Source of the DNA: Schmidtea nova
Lineage: Eukaryota
DNA: 54,701 nucleotides
Assembly: GCA_044892505.1 (NCBI GenBank)
Contig: JBJFYY010000101.1
Coordinates: 1 to 54,701 of the forward strand
Direction: 5' to 3'
The translations under genes and the position numbers were made by a program. The notes beneath the pieces are model-generated. The model did not search any database. It was not told the DNA's origin and saw nothing but the letters and a program-made list of their open reading frames with translations. Numbering within the stretch: the first letter of the stretch is position 1; every line of letters starts with the position of its first letter. Positions 1-6,476 of this stretch are shown here, piece by piece.

Positions 1-177
1 AAATAAAAATACGAAAACATCTCACTACTACAATTCTAATGTAAGGTTAACTATTAATCAACAACAAATAAACAAAACACATAGAAAGTATATCAAATCT
101 TATACGAGATTAAATAAACCATAAAATACCTACAAACCGTGATACAAAAAGGTCAAACCTTCTCTAATATTTGTAAC
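1..177 (-). rRNA. rrnL: 16S-like large subunit rRNA, 5' part (truncated by window edge)
   Basis: Same sequence as 23183-23358, which is contiguous with conserved rrnL motifs. Confidence 0.8.
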
Positions 178-247
178 ATGAAGAAATTAAGTTGTAATCT
201 TAATAAAAATTAGTTAGTAGCAAATCGTCCATATACTTGTTCTTCAC
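178..247 (-). tRNA. trnS1: tRNA-Ser(AGN), D-armless, anticodon ACU
   Basis: TGAAGAA/TTCTTCA acceptor, loop CT-ACT-AA, T-arm ATTAAG/CTTAAT; expected position before rrnL. Confidence 0.7.
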
Positions 248-250
248 AAT

Positions 251-312
251 GACTTGTAGTTAGTAACTATCGCGATAATAAAATAAGGCTATCCATAAAA
301 ATAGGACAAGTC
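251..312 (-). other. tRNA-like element X with no assignable anticodon
   Basis: Perfect 7-bp GACTTGT/ACAAGTC acceptor-like stem, AGTT/AACT T-arm, GATAG/TTATC stem with a 10-nt loop. Confidence 0.45.
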
Positions 313-314
313 TG

Positions 315-384
315 GATGAAGAAGTTAAGTTGTAATCTTAACTGAAATAGCTTATAGCGAATCATCCAGTACGTGTTCTTCATC
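315..384 (-). pseudogene. Diverged duplicate of trnS1 (loop CT-ATA-AG)
   Basis: GATGAAGAA/TTCTTCATC stem and GTTAAG-ATTACAA-CTTAAC arm mirror trnS1; anticodon arm degraded. Confidence 0.6.
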
Positions 385-443
385 AAATGTCATAAAAGAT
401 CTATTATTTGGAAAATAATCATAATATATTATACTAACATAAG
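383..443 (-). tRNA. trnG: tRNA-Gly(UCC)
   Basis: ATTAT-TT-TCC-AA-ATAAT anticodon arm. Confidence 0.85.
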
Positions 444-448
444 AATAA

Positions 449-516
449 ATTCTGAAGAGCAAAAAACCCACCTATACATTTACAATGTAATCTTCTAGAA
501 ATTAAAATACTCAGAA
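449..516 (-). tRNA. trnY: tRNA-Tyr(GUA)
   Basis: TTCTGAG/TTCAGAA acceptor; TACA-TT-GTA-AA-TGTA. Confidence 0.9.
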
Positions 517-519
517 AAC

Positions 520-587
520 CATAAAAGAAACCCCATAAGATTTATAATCAAGACCTAAACTTGAAGCATTACCTCTGCCACATTTAC
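520..587 (-). tRNA. trnL1: tRNA-Leu(UAG)
   Basis: TGGCAGAG D-arm; TCAAG-TT-TAG-GT-CTTGA. Confidence 0.9.
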
Positions 588-1311
588 AAGCACAATTTCT
601 ATTATGCTTACCATGTTACGACTTAACTCTTCATATAAAAATCAGAGATTGACGGGCGGTATGTACTAAGTTCAAGAAAAAATTCACAACAACCAAATTA
701 TTTAACTATTACTATTTAGTCCTACCTAACACCCATCTTTTCACCAAGTATCTTACAATGTAGCAAAGAAATAATCCTAAGAAATGCAGCACAATGATTT
801 GCAGTAAAGAAAACCTAGAAACTAAGCTATCCATCAGTTGTACAACCGTACACTAGCAACCAACATTTGATTCTAGGCAAAATAATAAGTGAATACTCTC
901 TTCTAATCCCATGCTCCCCAAACAATTTAAACAACTGCCAAGTCATTTCATTTCGATGTGGTAATAAAATAACAAATCCTTATAAATAAGTAACAAATCA
1001 TGTCTAAAAAGGAATTTAGAATAAGATGAGCAACAAACCTTACCATAAATTAAACACAAAATAGTATGTTAAAACTCAAACTATTTACACCAACATTTAA
1101 ACCAAATAGAATTACAAAGTGTAACCGCAGAAGCTGGCACTCAATTTATCTCCTATATTACAAATGTTAACTTAAACAATAGCTAAAGATTAAATTTTTA
1201 AAAACACACGTCTAACAAAAACCACGAACTAAAACGAAAGTGATAGCAAACAACAAATTACTTATAACGTTTATAACTTGTAAGTTTAAAAAGCCAAGAC
1301 AAAACTCTAAG
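588..1311 (-). rRNA. rrnS: 12S-like small subunit rRNA
   Basis: Minus strand carries AAGTCGTAACATGGTAAG, GTACATACCGCCCGTC and GTGCCAGC-TTC-TGCGGT SSU motifs; ends set by flanking tRNAs. Confidence 0.95.
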
Positions 1312-1376
1312 TGTTTCAAGAAAAAACCTTCAACTGAGATCCTTCAAAACCCTGCTTTAAATTAAGCTATCGAAAC
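1312..1376 (-). tRNA. trnF: tRNA-Phe(GAA)
   Basis: GTTTCGA/TTGAAAC acceptor; GGGTT-TT-GAA-GG-ATCTC. Confidence 0.9.
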
Positions 1377-1377
1377 A

Positions 1378-1439
1378 AGAAAAAGTGCAAAACAACCGAT
1401 AACTCCACAAATTACCATTCTAAAATAAACTACTTTAAC
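1378..1439 (-). tRNA. trnH: tRNA-His(GUG)
   Basis: GGTAAT-TT-GTG-GA-GTTATC anticodon arm. Confidence 0.85.
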
Positions 1440-1441
1440 AA

Positions 1442-1504
1442 TGTGAAAGGGAATTACTCGATTACAGAATATGAATCTATCAGTTTAAATTAACTTACCA
1501 ACAC
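1442..1504 (-). tRNA. trnM: tRNA-Met(CAU)
   Basis: ATAGA-TT-CAT-AT-TCTGT anticodon arm; TAAGTT..AAACT D-arm. Confidence 0.85.
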
Positions 1505-2139
1505 CAAACAAACAAAAAAAATCGCCTGAAAGCTAGATCTCCGCTAAATCGCCGCCGCCGCAAAAGAAAAATAAACAAACAAAAGAAAAATAAACAAAAC
1601 AAAAACAAAGAAAACAAACAAAGTTTAAATCAGTTTCTAGTTTCTTAGTGTTTACAGAATTTTGTTGTTAAGGGAGTTGTTTTGTTACAAAGTTATTTTG
1701 TTTATCATTAAGTGCGCCACTATTAGCTTCGCTAATGTTATTAAATCGCTATGCAACATAGTTATTTTACTTATTATTAAGTGTGCTACTATTAGCTTCG
1801 CTAATACAATAAGTCGCTGTATGACATAATTATTTTACATATTACTAATATACAATAAGTATATTCATAGAAACATGCTTACAAGTATCTTTCTATTCAT
1901 ATACTTATTGACTTAATTCTCTATGCTAGCTATATTCTACTTATTATATTACTTATCTATAAGCGCGCTATAGTTAGCTTCGCTAACATTATACTTATCA
2001 TTTAACTTATTTATTTTATAAATACAATGTATTTATACAATAAATATACTCATAAAAACATGTTTACAAACATCTTTCTATTCGTATATTTATTGACTTA
2101 GTTTTTTTATTCGTGCTTATTACTTAATGTTTACCATAA

Positions 2140-2752
2140 TTTTCTTCTCTATACCTATATATATTAATATACAATATTCAATAAGTGCTTCAGATAAGTC
2201 TTTGTCTTTATTTTCGATTCTCTACAATAAAAACAAAACCTTATTCTTGCACATAATGAATAGTTGTACATTAATATATATCAATAAGCCCACATCCGTG
2301 AGGCTGAAGCGATCTAAAGTGCAGGTTACCCTATTAACATTATAAGCGTTAATTTTAACATATAATAAAAATATAATAATAAAAAAGACGATTCCCATTC
2401 AAATTCACAAAATCAATTTGTGATTTTCATCCTTTCGTATCGTCTCTTTCATTATTAATTTTTTATATAGTAAAAATAAGCCACTTATAAAGTAAATAAG
2501 ATAACCATGACAATCTGTGAGCCGTGACTTCGTTAAGTACCTCGTTGTAAGCATAGTCTGAGCATATCGTGCTTAATCATTCCAGATTAAAATTTTGAAG
2601 TAAATTTTATATAAATGGTTAAAGAATAGGGTACCCAACAGCCTGCGGTATTTGTGACCTGGTCTGTTTCCTTCGTACCCTCTCCTCTAAGCCATTTCCA
2701 CAAAATTTCATCAATAATTTTAAACTTGCAGATAAGCCACGATAACACTCAG
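2140..2752. repeat. ~613-bp direct repeat, copy a
   Basis: Recurs almost identically at +1140 (3280-3892). Confidence 0.95.
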
Positions 2753-2754
2753 AT

Positions 2755-3275
2755 TAACAAAATAAGTATATAAATAATATATAATAATTACTCAGATAAG
2801 TTTATTTATTTATTTACGGTTTTTGCTACCTGCAATAAATAAACAATCTTATTTTCGTAATTAATATATATTCTTTATACACACAAAGCCAAGTACACAA
2901 ATAAACACACAATAAGTATTCAGATAAGTTTATTTATTTATTTACGGTTTTTTTGCTACCTGCAATAAATAAACAACCTTATTTTCATACTTAATGTCTG
3001 TTTCTTTATGTACACTTAACTAAGTATATAAATAAACACACAATAAGTATTCAGATAAGTTTATTTATTTATTTACGGTTTTTTGCTACCTGCAATAAAT
3101 AAACAACCTTATTTTCATACTTAATGTATGTTTCTTTATATACACAAAGCTGAGCACATAGATTAATATATGATAATTACTCAGATAAGCTTATTTATTT
3201 ATTTACGGTTTTGACACCTGCAATAAATAAACAATCTCATTCTCGTACTTAACATATATTAATCCTCGTGCTTTA
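2755..3275. repeat. Four tandem ~130-bp hairpin repeats
   Basis: TCAGATAAG-TTTATTTATT...AATAAATAAAC at 2792, 2920, 3051, 3181. Confidence 0.9.
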
Positions 3276-3279
3276 CAAA

Positions 3280-3892
3280 TTTCTTTCTCTATACCTTATA
3301 TATTTAATATACAATATTCAATAAGTGCTTCAGATAAGTCTTTGTCTTTATTTTCGATTCTCTACAATAAAAACAAAACCTTATTCTTGCACATAATGAA
3401 TAGTTGTACATTAATATATATCAATAAGCCCACATCCGTGAGGCTGAAGAGATCTAAAGTGCAGGTTACCCTATTAACATTATAAGCGTTAATTTTAACA
3501 TATAATAAAAATATAATAATAAAAAAGACGATTCCCATTCAAATTCACAAAATCAATTTGTGATTTTCATCCTTTCGTATCGTCTCTTTCATTATTAATT
3601 TTTATTATAGTAAAAATAAGCCACTTATAAAGTAAATAAGATAACCATGACAATCTGTGAGCCGTGACTTCGTTAAGTACCTCGTTGTAAGCATAGTCTG
3701 AGCATATCGTGCTTAATCATTCCAGATTAAAATTTTGAAGTAAATTTTATATAAATGGTTAAAGAATAGGGTACCCAACAGCCTGCGGTATTTGTGACCT
3801 GGTCTGTTTCCTTCGTACCCTCTCCTTTAAGCCATTTCCACAAAATTTCATCAATAATTTTAAACTTGCAGATAAGCCACGATAACACTCAG
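3280..3892. repeat. ~613-bp direct repeat, copy b
   Basis: Matches 2140-2752. Confidence 0.95.
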
Positions 3893-3905
3893 CAAAACGT
3901 ATAAG

Positions 3906-4310
3906 CCTTTACATAGATAAACATAGATAATTTCTACAATTATATGTGTTTATAAGTGTGTATTATAAACCCTGTATTTAATATTCTTTAACAATTATGT
4001 TTCTTATCAGTGTTCTTAATTTTTGTCACGAACTCAAGCGAAGCACGTAAAGAAGCTTTAAAAGACTCTGCGCTTACCAGCCTGCTGCCGCTTGGTACTG
4101 TGTTTCTTAACGCTACGCAGTCGCTTGAGGCTTGTGCTTTCGCTAAACCCAGACACGTCTCATCTCGCTTCTTTGCTTTTCGTTCTACACAAAAAAGAAG
4201 AAGCACAGAAAAGTAACCCAATTGCTAAACAATATTAAAGACATTGTTTATAACACACCCTGATAAACACAGATAATTCTAAAAATTATCTATGTTTACC
4301 TATATAAAGG
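3906..4310. repeat. ~400-bp imperfect inverted repeat (giant hairpin) with GC-rich core
   Basis: Four pairs of reverse-complementary blocks nested around ~4105. Confidence 0.85.
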
Positions 4311-4430
4311 ACCACAACTTTGTAAATATATACGTATATTATATAGCTAAGTAACTATATACTAAAGTATATCGCTACTTAACTATATAATATACATATA
4401 TATTTAACCTATAAGTCTTAAATATCTCCA

Positions 4431-5133
4431 TATCATATATATATAGATAAGTAACTATATACTTACAGTATATAGATACTTAACTATATATATATAATAT
4501 GACATAATGTAAGTAAAATAAGTAAAAAAAACTAAGCAATAAACGAGTAGAATAATGAGTTCACAAACTCATTTTTTTTTTTTTTTTTTTAATAGCAAAG
4601 GAATAAGAAATTATTCAAAAAAAAAATAATTTCTTAACTCATACTTCTCCTCATTTATTACATGTTTTGTTTACTTATGTTACATACATTATGTCATATC
4701 ATATATATATAGATAAGTATCTATATACTGTAAGTATATAGTTACTTATCTATATATATATGATATGTCTCTATTTAAGACCCAATGTTTTACCATAATT
4801 TACATATTATATATATATAGATAAGTAACTATATACTTACAGTATATAGATACTTAACTATATATATATAATATGACATAATGTAAGTAAAATAAGTAAA
4901 AAAACTAAGTAATAAACGAGTAGAATAATGAGTTCACAAACTCATTTTTTTTTTTTTTTTTTTACTTCCATCTCCTATTAAGACTTAGTTTAAAAAAAAA
5001 ATAAGTTCTTAACTCATACATCTCCTCATTTATTACATATTTTGTTTACTTATTGTACATACATTATGTCATATTATATATATATAGATAAGTATCTATA
5101 TACTTTAAGTATATAGTACTTATCTATATATAT
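4431..5133. repeat. AT-rich palindromic modules with poly-T and short stem-loops, two tandem copies
   Basis: 4431-4500 is the reverse complement of ~4685-4765; module repeats at ~4806-5133. Confidence 0.85.
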
Positions 5134-5381
5134 NNNNNNNNNNNNNNNNNNNNNNNNNNNNNNNNNNNNNNNNNNNNNNNNNNNNNNNNNNNNNNNNNNN
5201 NNNNNNNNNNNNNNNNNNNNNNNNNNNNNNNNNNNNNNNNNNNNNNNNNNNNNNNNNNNNNNNNNNNNNNNNNNNNNNNNNNNNNNNNNNNNNNNNNNNN
5301 NNNNNNNNNNNNNNNNNNNNNNNNNNNNNNNNNNNNNNNNNNNNNNNNNNNNNNNNNNNNNNNNNNNNNNNNNNNNNNNNN
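5134..5381. other. N run (248 nt)
   Basis: Unresolved or masked bases; 235 and 231 nt in copies 2 and 3. Confidence 0.99.
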
Positions 5382-5918
5382 GCTTACCTTTAAGGGGGTT
5401 TTTTTCCGTACATACGAATAAGTACGAGAGACAACTTTCACCTTGCCTCGTAAAGAAAAAGTTAGACAATGATCCTTTCACCATCTGCAACTCAAATAGA
5501 ACATACTAATAACACTCATTAAATAACAAATTGTTAAATAATTAAATGCAATAGCAGTCCTAAAACCTGGATCTTATCCGCGTAATTATTTTACCAACCA
5601 GTTCTGGTCTCGACATATCCTACGTCCGTCCGTAAAGTGTAGGAACTTCTGAACACCTTGCCCCCAAGTTAGGTGGGCTCTAGCAGCTGCATACCGAAAT
5701 GCTACCTTGTGCATCGACTACCTTAATCGCGTCTTCTATGTTAGGTTTAAAGTTCAAGCTTCTGTTTGCCAATGGGCGAAGATATACAATATTTCATGAA
5801 ATCGCCTCAGCGTGCAACGAGGTGTGTATAACAATAGGCTCATTACGATACCTACAAAACTTTTTAAAGTCTTCACTCTCTAATACTATATGATATATGC
5901 TTAATACAATATATTACT

Positions 5919-6288
5919 NNNNNNNNNNNNNNNNNNNNNNNNNNNNNNNNNNNNNNNNNNNNNNNNNNNNNNNNNNNNNNNNNNNNNNNNNNNNNNNNNN
6001 NNNNNNNNNNNNNNNNNNNNNNNNNNNNNNNNNNNNNNNNNNNNNNNNNNNNNNNNNNNNNNNNNNNNNNNNNNNNNNNNNNNNNNNNNNNNNNNNNNNN
6101 NNNNNNNNNNNNNNNNNNNNNNNNNNNNNNNNNNNNNNNNNNNNNNNNNNNNNNNNNNNNNNNNNNNNNNNNNNNNNNNNNNNNNNNNNNNNNNNNNNNN
6201 NNNNNNNNNNNNNNNNNNNNNNNNNNNNNNNNNNNNNNNNNNNNNNNNNNNNNNNNNNNNNNNNNNNNNNNNNNNNNNNNNNNNNNNN
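5919..6288. other. N run (370 nt)
   Basis: Unresolved or masked bases; 369 and 370 nt in copies 2 and 3. Confidence 0.99.
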
Positions 6289-6476
6289 ATACACCCCCTT
6301 CCCCCCTCTATAAAACCAACCAAACAAAACCATCCCTATCAAAATACCAAAGTTTCATCCAGGCTTATAAAAGAGAAGACACGAAAGTAACAATCAAGGT
6401 GCTGATTACCACAGATTGTTATGTGTCTTATCATTTATGAGCTTATAAAAACTAAACCTTAATCAACAAAACAAAA

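Noticed and set aside
282-288. Reading element X as a UUA-anticodon (TAA-decoding, table 14) tRNA
   Set aside because: That fold lacks U33 and a purine at 37, is not supported by the homologous copies, and TAA acts as a stop in nad1, nad3, nad4, nad6, cox2 and cox3
2127-2345. 72-aa plus-strand ORF in the 613-bp repeat
   Set aside because: On the non-coding strand, not preserved at the start of the second repeat copy, and no recognisable motifs
3444-3450. CTGAAGA hammerhead-like core
   Set aside because: No correctly placed GAAA or stems II/III, and the sister repeat has CTGAAGC
3988-4221. Short ORFs on both strands in the giant hairpin
   Set aside because: The frame changes between copies by a 1-nt indel; there is no coding-like composition or homology
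5074-6342. ORFs spanning X runs
   Set aside because: They are open only because N bases contain no stops
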